IMG/VR virus record: IMGVR_UViG_3300005805_000128 | Span: 1-49,673 of that record | Reading direction: 5' to 3' (one strand) | Source: a virus | Lineage: Duplodnaviria; Caudoviricetes | DNA: 49,673 nucleotides | Shown: positions 37,975-47,777 of the stretch, one piece after another | Position numbering within the stretch: the first letter of the stretch is position 1 | Layout of the letters: each line of letters begins with the position of its first letter | Translations under genes and position numbers: made by a program | Notes under the pieces: generated by a model | What the model was told of the DNA's origin: nothing | The model's input: the letters and a program-made list of their open reading frames with translations, nothing else | The model's database searches: none

Positions 37975-40900
37975 TTGAACTACGTTCCTTTGCATGTACA
38001 TACACATTATTCTTTAATGGATGGTGTTGCAACCCCAGAAGAATATTGTAAACGTGCTAAAGCATTAGGTATGCAAGCCATAGCCATTACAGATCATGGT
38101 GCATTATCTGGTCATAGGCCCATGTATCGTGCTGCAAAAGCCGAAGGTATAAAACCAATTCTTGGTATAGAAGGTTATATAACTGAAAATAGATTTGATA
38201 CTAGAGATAAAACAGAAAGAGTTACTCCATTAGATATGGTATATAACCATATTATTTTATTAGCAAAGAATCAACAAGGATTAGATAATTTAAACAAATT
38301 AAATGAATTAGCATGGACAGAAGGATTTTATAAAAAACCTAGAATAGATTTTGAAATATTAGAAAAGTATAAAGAGGGTTTAATAGTATCAACTGCTTGC
38401 CCATCTGGAGTTATTAATAAGGCATTAGAAAACAACGAGTATGCTGTAGCAAAAGAAAGACTTAAGTGGTTTAAAGAAAGATTTGGTGATGATTTCTATG
38501 TAGAAATTATGCCACACAACAGCAAGGAAATGAACAATAATTTATTAGACCTTGCAGACAATATGAAAATTAAATGTATAGTAACACCAGATTGTCATCA
38601 CTGTACTCCAGATCAAAAAGTAATTCAAGAAATTATGCTTATTCTTAATACCCACGCTAAATTAGAAAAAGATGTTACTTATGACAAATCTTTAAAAAAT
38701 GAAAATATGATGAAAAGACTTGACTATTTATATGGTAAAGATAGGATGATGTCTTTTAGAACATTTGATATACATCTTCTTTCATATGATGAAATGAAAA
38801 ATGCTATGTATAATCATGGAATTAAAAGAGAAGATATTTATGAAAATACTATTGAGATTGCAAACAAGATTGAAGACTACGATATTAAATCTGGACTAGA
38901 CTTATTACCTACTAAAATAGATGATCCACATATGGGCTTGGTTGACTTAGTTTTAAAGGGTATGAAAGAAAAAGGATTATACGATAAGCCAGAATATAAA
39001 GAAAGAATGCAAGAAGAGTTAGATATTATTAGAGATAAAAACTTTTCACCATATTTTTTAATTGTAAGCAACATGCTTAATTGGGCCAAGAGCCAAGGAA
39101 TTTTAGTAGGTCCAGGTCGTGGCTCAGCAGCAGGATCATTAGTTTGTTATGTATTGGGCATTACAGATGTTGATCCATTAAAATATGGACTATTGTTTTT
39201 TAGATTTATTAATCCAGAGCGTAATGATTTTCCAGATATTGATTCAGATATTGCTGATAATAGACGTGATGAAGTTAAAGCATATCTTGAAAGCGAATAT
39301 AAACACGTTGCATCAATTGCTACCTTTTTAGAATTTAGAGGAAAAGGTATTGTAAGAGATGTATCAAGAGCATTTAATATACCATTATCAGATGTAAATA
39401 AAGTATTAAAGCATGCAGATGATTGGGATGATTTTAATACCAATAAAACTGCACAATGGTTTAGAATGAAATATCCAGAAGTAGCAGAGTATGGTGAACA
39501 ACTTCGTGGTCGTATACGTGGTACTGGTATTCATGCTGCAGGTGTTGTTACAGCAAAAGATTCTATTTTTAAATATGCACCATTAGAAACTCGTGTTGCA
39601 CCAGGATCAAAAGATAGAATTCCCGTTGTAGGAGTAGATATGGATGAGGCTGCAGATATTGGATTGATTAAATTAGATGTACTTGGATTAAAAACTTTAA
39701 CAGTTATTGATGATACTTTAAAAAGCATTAAGAAAAGACATAAGGTAGATATTAATTTACATAATATAGACTTAAACGATAAACAAGTTTATGCTATGTT
39801 ATCTGAAGGAAGAACTAAAGGAGTGTTTCAATGTGAGGCAACGCCTTATACAAATTTATTAATAAGAATGGGAGTGTCTAATTTAGATGAATTAGCAGCC
39901 TCAAATGCCCTTGTAAGACCTGGTGCTATGAATACTATTGGAAAGTTATATTTACAAAGAAAACACGGAAAAGCAATAACAGAATATATTCACCCATTAA
40001 TGCAACAGTTTACTAAGGATACATATGGCTGCGTTTTGTATCAAGAACAAGTTATGCAAGCCTGTGTGTACCTTGGTGGGATGACTATGGCAGAAGCAGA
40101 CAAGGTAAGAAAAATTATTGGTAAGAAAAAAGATGCAAAAGAATTTGACGAATTTAAGGACAAATTTGTTGTAGGTGCATCAAAGCATATTACACCGTTT
40201 GCAGCAGAAGAATTATGGCACGATTTTGAAGCACATGCTGGATACTCATTTAATAAATCACACGCTGTAGCATACTCAATGCTTTCCTATTGGACAGCAT
40301 GGCTTAAATTTCATTATCCACTAGAGTTTATGTATTGTTTATTAAAAAATGAACAAGATAAAGATACTAGAACTGAATACTTAATTGAGGCTAAAAGAAT
40401 GAATATTTCAGTAAAGTTACCACACGTTAATGAATCAGATTCTGATTTTACAATTGAAGGCAAGGGTATTAGAATGGGCCTTTCATCTGTTAAATGGATC
40501 TCTGATGGTGTAGCATCAAAAATAATTTCACATAGACCTTATGAATCATATTCAAATTTTATTACTATTGCTTCTAAAAAAAGAAGTGGAATAAATAGTA
40601 GAGCAGTTCAAGCATTAAATGCAATTGGTGCTTTAACATTCTCAGATAATCCTAGAAATGAAGATGTGGTAAAAGAAAATTTATATGAATATCTTAATTT
40701 ACCAGAATTTGGAACCACAGTTCCATCACATTTTTATGCTTATATAGATGATATAGAAGATTTTGATGAACAAAGTGCTTATATTCTTATGGGAGTTGTT
40801 AAAAATATTAAACGTGGTAAGGGTTGGTCTAGAATAGAAATTATGGACTCAACTGGAATGTTGGGGGTATTTGATGATGAAGATACCAAGATAGAACAGG

Positions 40901-41247
40901 GTAAAACTTACTTAATGTTGGTTGGATCAAATAGAATTATGGAAGCAATTTCAGTAGATAATATTAAAAATTTATCAAGCAATAGTTTGGTTAAGTTTTT
41001 AAACTATAAGTCTTTGCCATATAGCGGAGAAGAGTTTTATGTGTTATCATTTAAACCAAGAGTTACTAAAGCAGGAAAGAAGATGGCACACATGGTGGTT
41101 GCTAATTCAGATCGTGAGATAAAACCAGTCCTTGTTTTTCCTAGACAATTTTCTGAAGGCTATATGAAATGTGAGCCAGGTAGTGCTAAAAAAATAAAAT
41201 TTGAAAAATCAGATGATGGTTCATTAGTATTGAATGGAGTAGAGTAA
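37975..41247 (+). CDS. dnaE: DNA polymerase III alpha subunit (family C)
   Basis: PHP domain HVHTHYS..DG / TDHG, GPGRGSAAGS, PDIDSD, GIHAAG, KLDVLGL, YSFNKSH. Confidence 0.96.
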   Translation: MNYVPLHVHTHYSLMDGVATPEEYCKRAKALGMQAIAITDHGALSGHRPMYRAAKAEGIKPILGIEGYITENRFDTRDKTERVTPLDMVYNHIILLAKNQQGLDNLNKLNELAWTEGFYKKPRIDFEILEKYKEGLIVSTACPSGVINKALENNEYAVAKERLKWFKERFGDDFYVEIMPHNSKEMNNNLLDLADNMKIKCIVTPDCHHCTPDQKVIQEIMLILNTHAKLEKDVTYDKSLKNENMMKRLDYLYGKDRMMSFRTFDIHLLSYDEMKNAMYNHGIKREDIYENTIEIANKIEDYDIKSGLDLLPTKIDDPHMGLVDLVLKGMKEKGLYDKPEYKERMQEELDIIRDKNFSPYFLIVSNMLNWAKSQGILVGPGRGSAAGSLVCYVLGITDVDPLKYGLLFFRFINPERNDFPDIDSDIADNRRDEVKAYLESEYKHVASIATFLEFRGKGIVRDVSRAFNIPLSDVNKVLKHADDWDDFNTNKTAQWFRMKYPEVAEYGEQLRGRIRGTGIHAAGVVTAKDSIFKYAPLETRVAPGSKDRIPVVGVDMDEAADIGLIKLDVLGLKTLTVIDDTLKSIKKRHKVDINLHNIDLNDKQVYAMLSEGRTKGVFQCEATPYTNLLIRMGVSNLDELAASNALVRPGAMNTIGKLYLQRKHGKAITEYIHPLMQQFTKDTYGCVLYQEQVMQACVYLGGMTMAEADKVRKIIGKKKDAKEFDEFKDKFVVGASKHITPFAAEELWHDFEAHAGYSFNKSHAVAYSMLSYWTAWLKFHYPLEFMYCLLKNEQDKDTRTEYLIEAKRMNISVKLPHVNESDSDFTIEGKGIRMGLSSVKWISDGVASKIISHRPYESYSNFITIASKKRSGINSRAVQALNAIGALTFSDNPRNEDVVKENLYEYLNLPEFGTTVPSHFYAYIDDIEDFDEQSAYILMGVVKNIKRGKGWSRIEIMDSTGMLGVFDDEDTKIEQGKTYLMLVGSNRIMEAISVDNIKNLSSNSLVKFLNYKSLPYSGEEFYVLSFKPRVTKAGKKMAHMVVANSDREIKPVLVFPRQFSEGYMKCEPGSAKKIKFEKSDDGSLVLNGVE

Positions 41248-42251
41248 TGACCGAAATAGTTATGGAAGAGTTTTTATCTCAATTAGATCCTAGTTTAAGA
41301 AAAAGATTAAGTAACGCTACAGATGTTCAAGTTGTAAAACAAAAAACACCAAGTATAAGTTTAAACAATGCATTAAAGGGTGGATTTGCATACGGTAGAC
41401 AGGTAATGATTTGGGGCAATAAATCTGCTGGCAAATCATCATTCTGTTTGCAGATGATAGGTGAAGCACAGAAAGAAGGAAAACTATGTGCTTGGATAGA
41501 TGCAGAACAATCATTTGATCCTGAGTGGGCTAAAAAACTTGGGGTAGATACAGATAAATTAGTATATTCTGCTGCTAAAACTATTAATGATATGGTAGAT
41601 GTTGCTACTCAACTAATGAAAGCAAAGATAGATATTATAGTGGTTGATTCTATATCTGCATTATTGCCTGCTATATATTTTGAAAAAGATACTGATGAAT
41701 TAAAGGCATTAGAAAATACAAAACAAATTGGTGCAGAGGCAAAAGATATGACCAATGCTGTAAAGATGCTTAACTATGCAAACAATCAAGATGGGCAAAC
41801 ATTATTAGTTTTGATTTCACAATTAAGAAATAATATTGGTGCTATGTATGCCTCTCATATGCCAACAGGTGGGCTAGCAGTTAAATTTTTCTCAAGCACG
41901 GTTGTTAAGTTATGGTCTAGTGACTCAGATAATAACGCCTTAAAGTCTAAGATAGCAGTAGGAGATAAATTTATAGAAGGCAAGGTAGGAAGAAAAGTTA
42001 ATTGGCACATTGATTTTAATAAGACTGGGCCAGGATTTCTTGCTGGAGAATATGATTTTTATTTTGATGGAGACACTATAGGAGTAGATAAAATAGCAGA
42101 TCTTGTAGATACTGCAGAACTGTTAGGAATTATTGAAAAGGGTGGTGCTTGGTACACAGTACTGGGTGAAAGATTGCAGGGTAGAGCAAAAGTAATTGAA
42201 TACCTAAAAGAAAATCCAGAGAAATTAAAAGAACTTGAATCAAAACTCTAA
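41247..42251 (+). CDS. recA: RecA/UvsX-like recombinase
   Basis: GNKSAGKS, WIDAEQ, VVDSISAL, ISQLR, GAWY...QG. Confidence 0.93.
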   Translation: MTEIVMEEFLSQLDPSLRKRLSNATDVQVVKQKTPSISLNNALKGGFAYGRQVMIWGNKSAGKSSFCLQMIGEAQKEGKLCAWIDAEQSFDPEWAKKLGVDTDKLVYSAAKTINDMVDVATQLMKAKIDIIVVDSISALLPAIYFEKDTDELKALENTKQIGAEAKDMTNAVKMLNYANNQDGQTLLVLISQLRNNIGAMYASHMPTGGLAVKFFSSTVVKLWSSDSDNNALKSKIAVGDKFIEGKVGRKVNWHIDFNKTGPGFLAGEYDFYFDGDTIGVDKIADLVDTAELLGIIEKGGAWYTVLGERLQGRAKVIEYLKENPEKLKELESKL

Positions 42252-42405
42252 TCCAAAATACTCTTTATATAATGGTAAGTTTATTTGCCATACATGTAAA
42301 GAAATAGTAGAAAAGGCAAGAATGTACTCAGAAACACAAGACTTAACTTGGATGTGTAGCAAAAAACACATGTCTAAGGTAAATTTTAATACTAAGGGGT
42401 ACTAA
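42235..42405 (+). CDS. Small Zn-binding protein, 56 aa (not in the ORF track)
   Basis: TTG start: …FICHTCKE…LTWMCSKKH…GY*. Its TAA overlaps the next ATG, filling the gap exactly. Confidence 0.7.
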   Translation: MNQNSNPKYSLYNGKFICHTCKEIVEKARMYSETQDLTWMCSKKHMSKVNFNTKGY

Positions 42406-42695
42406 TGAGCGAACGTTCAGAATTAAAGCGAATTGGTGCTAAGCAACATCGTAATTCAGGTAGAGGAAGTGTCAAGGCTGACGGATCATTGGATGACTTC
42501 GTAGTAGATGTCAAAGAATATTCTAAATCCTATTCTGTCAGCCAAGACTCATGGTCGAAGATTGTATCAGACACCATGAGGGTAGATAGAAAAAAGAATC
42601 CAGCACTTATGGTAGTTTTAGGCGAAGGAAATAAAAAGGTTCGTCTTGCTATAATAGAGTGGGAAGTATTTGAACAACTAAGAGAGAAAAAGTAA
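42405..42695 (+). CDS. PD-(D/E)xK Holliday-junction resolvase-like nuclease
   Basis: SE......A.Q..NSG....KADG....VVDVKE pattern. Confidence 0.65.
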   Translation: MSERSELKRIGAKQHRNSGRGSVKADGSLDDFVVDVKEYSKSYSVSQDSWSKIVSDTMRVDRKKNPALMVVLGEGNKKVRLAIIEWEVFEQLREKK

Positions 42696-43006
42696 TGGAT
42701 ACTACAGTAGAGTTATTAAATAAAATAACATCATTTAATGAAATGTCTGAGTACATGAATGATGAAGAATTTACCAAAACCCTTACTACAGTTGCAAAAC
42801 TTATTGCAAATCCAGATGTTCCACCAGCAAAGGCTACTTTATTAATAACACAGTTACAAGCATACTCTGCCAAGTTTGCTATGCTAGCAGCCTGGTATTC
42901 TCACGTAAAGAAAGACGATAGATCTAGAAAAAATATGTATTATGCAGTAAGAGAAGCAACCGACAAACTGGTCGATGCCCTTAAATATAATGTAAGGAAT
43001 TTTTAA
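42695..43006 (+). CDS. Helical hypothetical protein
   Basis: Coupled ORF in the recombination cluster. Confidence 0.7.
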   Translation: MDTTVELLNKITSFNEMSEYMNDEEFTKTLTTVAKLIANPDVPPAKATLLITQLQAYSAKFAMLAAWYSHVKKDDRSRKNMYYAVREATDKLVDALKYNVRNF

Positions 43007-43779
43007 TGACTAAAGGTCTAGTAAAAAAGATGGTTAAAAAAGAACCAAAGACTATTGATTTTTCTATTATAGAAAAAGAAATTGTAGAAGGTCACGTTAG
43101 AGCGTATGCAAGAAATAAGTTTGATACTAAAAAAACTTTTGCACCTTCTTCGTTAGTATACGGAAATGGAATGTGCCCTAGATATTGGTATCTTGCTTTT
43201 GAAGGAAATGAATTTGAAAATAAAACTGATGGAACATCTTTTGCAAATATGAATGCTGGAACAGATGCACATAAAAGAATTATAGAAAAAGTATTAAAAG
43301 ACTCTGAAATTATGGAATGGTATGAACAAGATATATTATGTGATGATCCACCAATTAAAGGTAAAATGGATGCACTGCTTAAAATAGACGATAACCACGT
43401 AGCGTTTGAATTAAAAACAGCCAAAGATGAAGGGTTTAATTATCACAAGGCTACAAATAGTGCTACTAAATATCATATAGAACAAATATTAATTTACATG
43501 AAGATTTTAAATTTAAAATACGGGGCTATTGTTTATGAAAATAAAAATACTTTTGAAATATTATCAATACCTATTGTAGTTAATGAAAAATATGTAGAGT
43601 TTATTAATTATCTATTTGATTGGATGCGTAGAGTTAAAAAAGCATTTGATGAAAAACAATTGCCTGAGAGAGGTTATAGAAAAGATTCTAAGGTATGTAA
43701 ATCATGTCCTTTAGAAAAAGCCTGTGACTCTAAAGATAAAGGGGTTATTAAAATTGAAAGAAGGAAAGAACTTGAATGA
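43006..43779 (+). CDS. Cas4-like PD-(D/E)xK exonuclease with Fe-S cysteines
   Basis: CPRYW, GT..H, GKMD...ELKT, Q..IY and C-terminal CKSCP...C. Confidence 0.85.
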   Translation: MTKGLVKKMVKKEPKTIDFSIIEKEIVEGHVRAYARNKFDTKKTFAPSSLVYGNGMCPRYWYLAFEGNEFENKTDGTSFANMNAGTDAHKRIIEKVLKDSEIMEWYEQDILCDDPPIKGKMDALLKIDDNHVAFELKTAKDEGFNYHKATNSATKYHIEQILIYMKILNLKYGAIVYENKNTFEILSIPIVVNEKYVEFINYLFDWMRRVKKAFDEKQLPERGYRKDSKVCKSCPLEKACDSKDKGVIKIERRKELE

Positions 43780-44054
43780 TCAAACATTGCGAGTGGTGTG
43801 ATGACTCCTTTGAAACTGAAAGCAAAAATCAAATTTATTGCGATGCAGACTGTAGAACGCTTGCCACAAAACAAAAAATTGTTCAAAGATATAAGATTAC
43901 AAAAGCAAAAGAAAGAATGGGCAAAGATCGCCGTTGTTCTGGTGGGTGCAATACTCTTCTCAGTATTTATAACGACAATGGTTTTTGTGATACCTGTTTG
44001 GTAAATAATAAAAAAGTAGACAAAACACTAAAAGAGATGAAGGATTTTTTTTGA
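43776..44054 (+). CDS. Cys-rich Zn-finger protein
   Basis: CEWC...YCDADC...CSGGC...CDTC. Confidence 0.75.
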   Translation: MIKHCEWCDDSFETESKNQIYCDADCRTLATKQKIVQRYKITKAKERMGKDRRCSGGCNTLLSIYNDNGFCDTCLVNNKKVDKTLKEMKDFF

Positions 44055-44056
44055 TT

Positions 44057-44668
44057 ATGAGTAAAAGTAAATTAAGATATATAGGAAATCCAAATACAAT
44101 ACTTGCAATAGATTCTTCAACAAACTCAATGGCATTTTCATTGTTTATTAATCGTAAACTTATCAAATATGGAAAAATAAATTTTCATGGTAATCATGTT
44201 TATGAAAGAACTGGCGATGCAAATAAAAAAATATCTCAATTTTTAAAAGATTATGATATTGATGCTATTGTAATTGAATCTGCAATATATACCAATTCTC
44301 AAAATACTGCAATTAGTTTGTCTTTGGTTCAAGGATCTATTCTTGGTGCAAGTCAAATGTATCATAGGGCACCAATAGTATCATGCTCCCCAGTATCTTG
44401 GCAAAATTGGATTGGTAACGGTAAACTTAAAAAAGAAGAAAAACAAGCAATTAGAGATCTATATGGAAATGATAAATCATATTCATTTTATAAAACAAAA
44501 GAAAGAGAATTTAGAAAAGGAAGAACTATTAAAAAAATTAATATTGAATTTGATACAAACCTTGAAGATGATGATGTAGCAGATGCAATTGCTATAGGAT
44601 GGTATGCTTGTGAAAATTGGCATAAATTAGTAGATCAACCACATAATCTTGACAAGACAAGAGGCTAG
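44057..44668 (+). CDS. ruvC: RuvC-like resolvase
   Basis: ILAIDSST, IVIES, DDDVADAIAIG acidic residues. Confidence 0.8.
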   Translation: MSKSKLRYIGNPNTILAIDSSTNSMAFSLFINRKLIKYGKINFHGNHVYERTGDANKKISQFLKDYDIDAIVIESAIYTNSQNTAISLSLVQGSILGASQMYHRAPIVSCSPVSWQNWIGNGKLKKEEKQAIRDLYGNDKSYSFYKTKEREFRKGRTIKKINIEFDTNLEDDDVADAIAIGWYACENWHKLVDQPHNLDKTRG

Positions 44669-44677
44669 TGATAAAAT
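44649..44677 (+). promoter_or_regulatory. Consensus promoter overlapping the start codon of the HTH gene
   Basis: TTGACA (44649-44654), 17 bp spacer, TG-a-TAAAAT (44672-44677). Confidence 0.6.
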
Positions 44678-44825
44678 GAAACTATATACAAGCGAAGCAT
44701 GGTTAAAGAAAAGGTATCAAGTTGATAAAAAAAGTCCTGAACAAATTGCTAAAGAGTGTGGAGCATCTGTTGAAACTATATACGTATATCTTGCCAAATT
44801 TGGCCTTAGAAAGTCAAAGAGGTAA
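44676..44825 (+). CDS. Small HTH DNA-binding protein, 49 aa (not in the ORF track)
   Basis: MKLYTSEAWLKKRYQVDKKSPEQIAKECGASVETIYVYLAKFGLRKSKR. GAGG RBS. Confidence 0.8.
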   Translation: MKLYTSEAWLKKRYQVDKKSPEQIAKECGASVETIYVYLAKFGLRKSKR

Positions 44826-44827
44826 AG

Positions 44828-45160
44828 ATGGCCGAGTATAAGTTTCCTGATTTTGATAAACAACTTGAGGATAAAATGAAGATTGTTAGAGATATGTCTA
44901 CTCAAGCAGCAGCGGGTAGAAAGATATTAGATGAATGTCTTGATATAGCAAAATTACTTATTACTAAAAATACTTCATATGGTAATTCATATAGCAACCC
45001 TATTAATATATTTAGTAAGTCTAATCCAAAAGAACAATTATATATTAGAATTGATGATAAACTTAATAGAATACATAAGGGTAAAGAATATGCATCAGAA
45101 GATACTATCTTAGATCTTATTGGATACCTTGTATTATTGAGGACATTAGATAATGAATGA
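44828..45160 (+). CDS. DUF1599 / nucleotide-modification-associated (all-alpha NTP-PPase-like) protein
   Basis: KN..YGNS...IRIDDKL.RI...DT..DL.GY motif. Confidence 0.7.
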   Translation: MAEYKFPDFDKQLEDKMKIVRDMSTQAAAGRKILDECLDIAKLLITKNTSYGNSYSNPINIFSKSNPKEQLYIRIDDKLNRIHKGKEYASEDTILDLIGYLVLLRTLDNE

Positions 45161-45671
45161 TGATTTAGTTAAACATTTAGACTTGGTAAATCAAGTTGCT
45201 TCTGAATATTTAAAAGGATTAGATGCATCTCAAATCTCCAAAGAACTAGATATCCCACGTCAAAAAGTATTAACATTATTAAATGATTGGCGTTCTATGA
45301 TTTCTAACAATCAGGCCATTCATGCACGTGCTAAAGAAGCGTTAGCGGGTGCTGATCAACACTATTCATCTTTAATTAAAAAAACATATGAAGTTATTGA
45401 TGCTGCCGATTCTACTGCAAATCTTACAGCAAAGACAACGGCTATCAAATTGATAGCAGATATTGAAAGTAAAAGACTTGAAATGCTACAAAAAGCAGGA
45501 CTATTAGACAATAAAGAAATAGCAGAACAGATTATTGAAATGGAAAGAAAACAAGGCGTTCTTATTGGAATATTAAAAGAGGTAGCCTCAAAGCATCCAG
45601 AAATTCGTGAAGAAATAATGCGTAGATTATCTGAGGTGCAAACAGAGGTGATAGTAATTGACAACGATTGA
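45153..45671 (+). CDS. HTH + coiled-coil protein, probable terminase small subunit
   Basis: N-terminal HTH (ASQISKELDIPRQKV); immediately upstream of TerL. Confidence 0.6.
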   Translation: MNDDLVKHLDLVNQVASEYLKGLDASQISKELDIPRQKVLTLLNDWRSMISNNQAIHARAKEALAGADQHYSSLIKKTYEVIDAADSTANLTAKTTAIKLIADIESKRLEMLQKAGLLDNKEIAEQIIEMERKQGVLIGILKEVASKHPEIREEIMRRLSEVQTEVIVIDND

Positions 45672-47430
45672 TTTTAGTGATTTCATAGAAGCGTTGGACG
45701 AAAGTCCATTTGAAGAATTACCAGTAGATATAAAAACATTTGTAACTGGAAAAGATTATCTTAATCAACCATCATTATCAGATTACCAATACACATTAGC
45801 AGAATGCATGAGTCAAATTTACAAACAAGAAGATGTTGAAAGATGGCTAGGAAAAGAAAAAGGCAATGAGCATTATAAAAAATACACTAAACAAGAAGTT
45901 ATTCTTATGTGTGGAAAAGGTAGTGGTAAAGATCACACATCAACAATAGGTTGTGCATATATTGTATATAAACTATTATGCTTAAAGGATCCTTCTAGAT
46001 ATTTTGGTAAGCCAACTGGTGATGCTATTGATCTTATTAACGTTGCAGTAAACGCAGAACAAGCAAAAAACGTATTCTTTAAAGGATTTAAGTCAAAGAT
46101 TGAGCAGTCTCCATGGTTTGCTGGAAAATATGAAGCGAAAGTAAATAATGTAGAATTTAACAAAGCAATTACAGTTTATTCTGGGCATTCAGAAAGAGAA
46201 TCTGCAGAAGGTTTAAACCTTATGTTAGCAGTGCTAGATGAAATTTCTGGATTTGCTGCAGAAGGTGCTGGAGGAAATGATCAAGGTAAAACTGCAGATA
46301 ATTTATATAAAGCATTTAGAGGTTCAGTAGATTCACGTTTTCCAGATTTTGGTAAAGTAATTTTATTATCTTTTCCAAGATATAAAGGAGATTTTATATC
46401 TCAGAGATATGATGATGTGGTAGCAGAAAAAGAAACCGCAATAAAAACATATGAATTTGTAATTAATCCAACAATGAGTGAAGATGATCCAAGCAATAAA
46501 TTTAGTATTGAGTGGGAAGAAGATAACATACTATCCTATAAGTATCCAGGGGTATTTGCATTAAAAAGACCTACATGGGATATTAATCCTACTAGAAAAA
46601 TAGAAGATTTTAAGATTGCATTTTTTAATGACTATGCCGATGCACTTATGCGTTTTGCCTGCATGCCAACAGTATCAACTGATGCATTCTTTAAAGATAG
46701 AGATAAAGTACAAAAGGCATTAAATAGAAGAAACCCTCTAGATAATTCTAGAAGATTTGATATTAATTTTAAACCAAATAATGATACAGAATATTATGTT
46801 CACGCCGATTTAGCACAAAAACATGATAAGTGTGCAGTATCAATTGCTCACGTAGATAAATGGGTTAGTGTTCAATCATTTAATAATTATGAACAAATAG
46901 TTCCATATGTAGTAGTAGATGCAATTGCTTGGTGGGAGCCAAAGCGTGAGGGCCCAGTAGATTTAAGTGAGGTAAAAAATTGGATTATAGATTTGAGAAG
47001 GCAAGGTTTTAATTTAGGATTAGTTACATTTGATAGATGGCAATCGTTTGATATTCAACAAGAATTAAAACAGGTTGGAATAAAAACAGAAACATTGTCT
47101 GTTGCTAAAAAACACTATGAAGATCTATCTATGCTGGTATATGAAGAAAGAGTATCTGCACCACATATAGACATATTACTTGAAGAAATGTTAGAACTTA
47201 GAATTATGAATAATAACAAAGTAGATCACCCTAGAAAGAAATCAAAAGACTTGGCAGATGCTATGTGTGGATCTGTCTATAATTCAATAGCACATACACA
47301 AAGAGAAAGAATAAAAGAGATTGATATACATACATGGTCAAGGGGTAAAGTAGACGATGACTCTGGAATGCCAAAAGAAAAGATTCGTGCCAAAGAATTG
47401 GACTGGGGATCGGGGTATAGATTATTATGA
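45658..47430 (+). CDS. terL: Terminase large subunit
   Basis: Walker A GKGSGKD, Walker B VLDE, LSFP coupling motif, nuclease HADLA...D, TFDRW, DHP...KDLADA. Confidence 0.92.
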   Translation: MTTIDFSDFIEALDESPFEELPVDIKTFVTGKDYLNQPSLSDYQYTLAECMSQIYKQEDVERWLGKEKGNEHYKKYTKQEVILMCGKGSGKDHTSTIGCAYIVYKLLCLKDPSRYFGKPTGDAIDLINVAVNAEQAKNVFFKGFKSKIEQSPWFAGKYEAKVNNVEFNKAITVYSGHSERESAEGLNLMLAVLDEISGFAAEGAGGNDQGKTADNLYKAFRGSVDSRFPDFGKVILLSFPRYKGDFISQRYDDVVAEKETAIKTYEFVINPTMSEDDPSNKFSIEWEEDNILSYKYPGVFALKRPTWDINPTRKIEDFKIAFFNDYADALMRFACMPTVSTDAFFKDRDKVQKALNRRNPLDNSRRFDINFKPNNDTEYYVHADLAQKHDKCAVSIAHVDKWVSVQSFNNYEQIVPYVVVDAIAWWEPKREGPVDLSEVKNWIIDLRRQGFNLGLVTFDRWQSFDIQQELKQVGIKTETLSVAKKHYEDLSMLVYEERVSAPHIDILLEEMLELRIMNNNKVDHPRKKSKDLADAMCGSVYNSIAHTQRERIKEIDIHTWSRGKVDDDSGMPKEKIRAKELDWGSGYRLL

Positions 47431-47765
47431 ATCTAAGTAGGGATGAATATAATAATATAGTACAAATGCTTATAGAAAATGGAATATTAGAATTAATTGG
47501 TTTTGATGAAAAAAGTAATCAATTTACCTATGGACTTACCCCCAAATGTCAAGAATTAATGCCAGAACTCTGGGAAGAGCACTTTAAATTTGTCAATGAA
47601 ATGGCTTTTAAATTATGGAAAGATGGGGTAGTTGAAATGCAATTTGATAAAGACGGAACCCCAATGGTTATGTTGACTCAAAGAGCCTTAGAAATCAAAG
47701 ATACCCTTCCAGATGATGAAAGATATTTTATAGAAAACCTTTTAAACAAGCATTTAGAAAGGTGA
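47427..47765 (+). CDS. Hypothetical protein (possible winged helix)
   Basis: ORF overlapping the terL stop. Confidence 0.65.
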   Translation: MNLSRDEYNNIVQMLIENGILELIGFDEKSNQFTYGLTPKCQELMPELWEEHFKFVNEMAFKLWKDGVVEMQFDKDGTPMVMLTQRALEIKDTLPDDERYFIENLLNKHLER

Positions 47766-47777
47766 TATAATTTAACT

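Noticed and set aside
43006-43779. Cas4-like gene as evidence of a CRISPR-Cas system
   Set aside because: No cas1/cas2 and no repeat-spacer array seen. Solo Cas4-like nucleases are common in phage recombination modules.
3251-47430. Inteins or introns in RNR, DnaB, DnaE, RecA or TerL; stop-codon reassignment
   Set aside because: The proteins have ordinary lengths and contiguous motifs. TAA, TAG and TGA all end genes at sensible, often coupled, positions.
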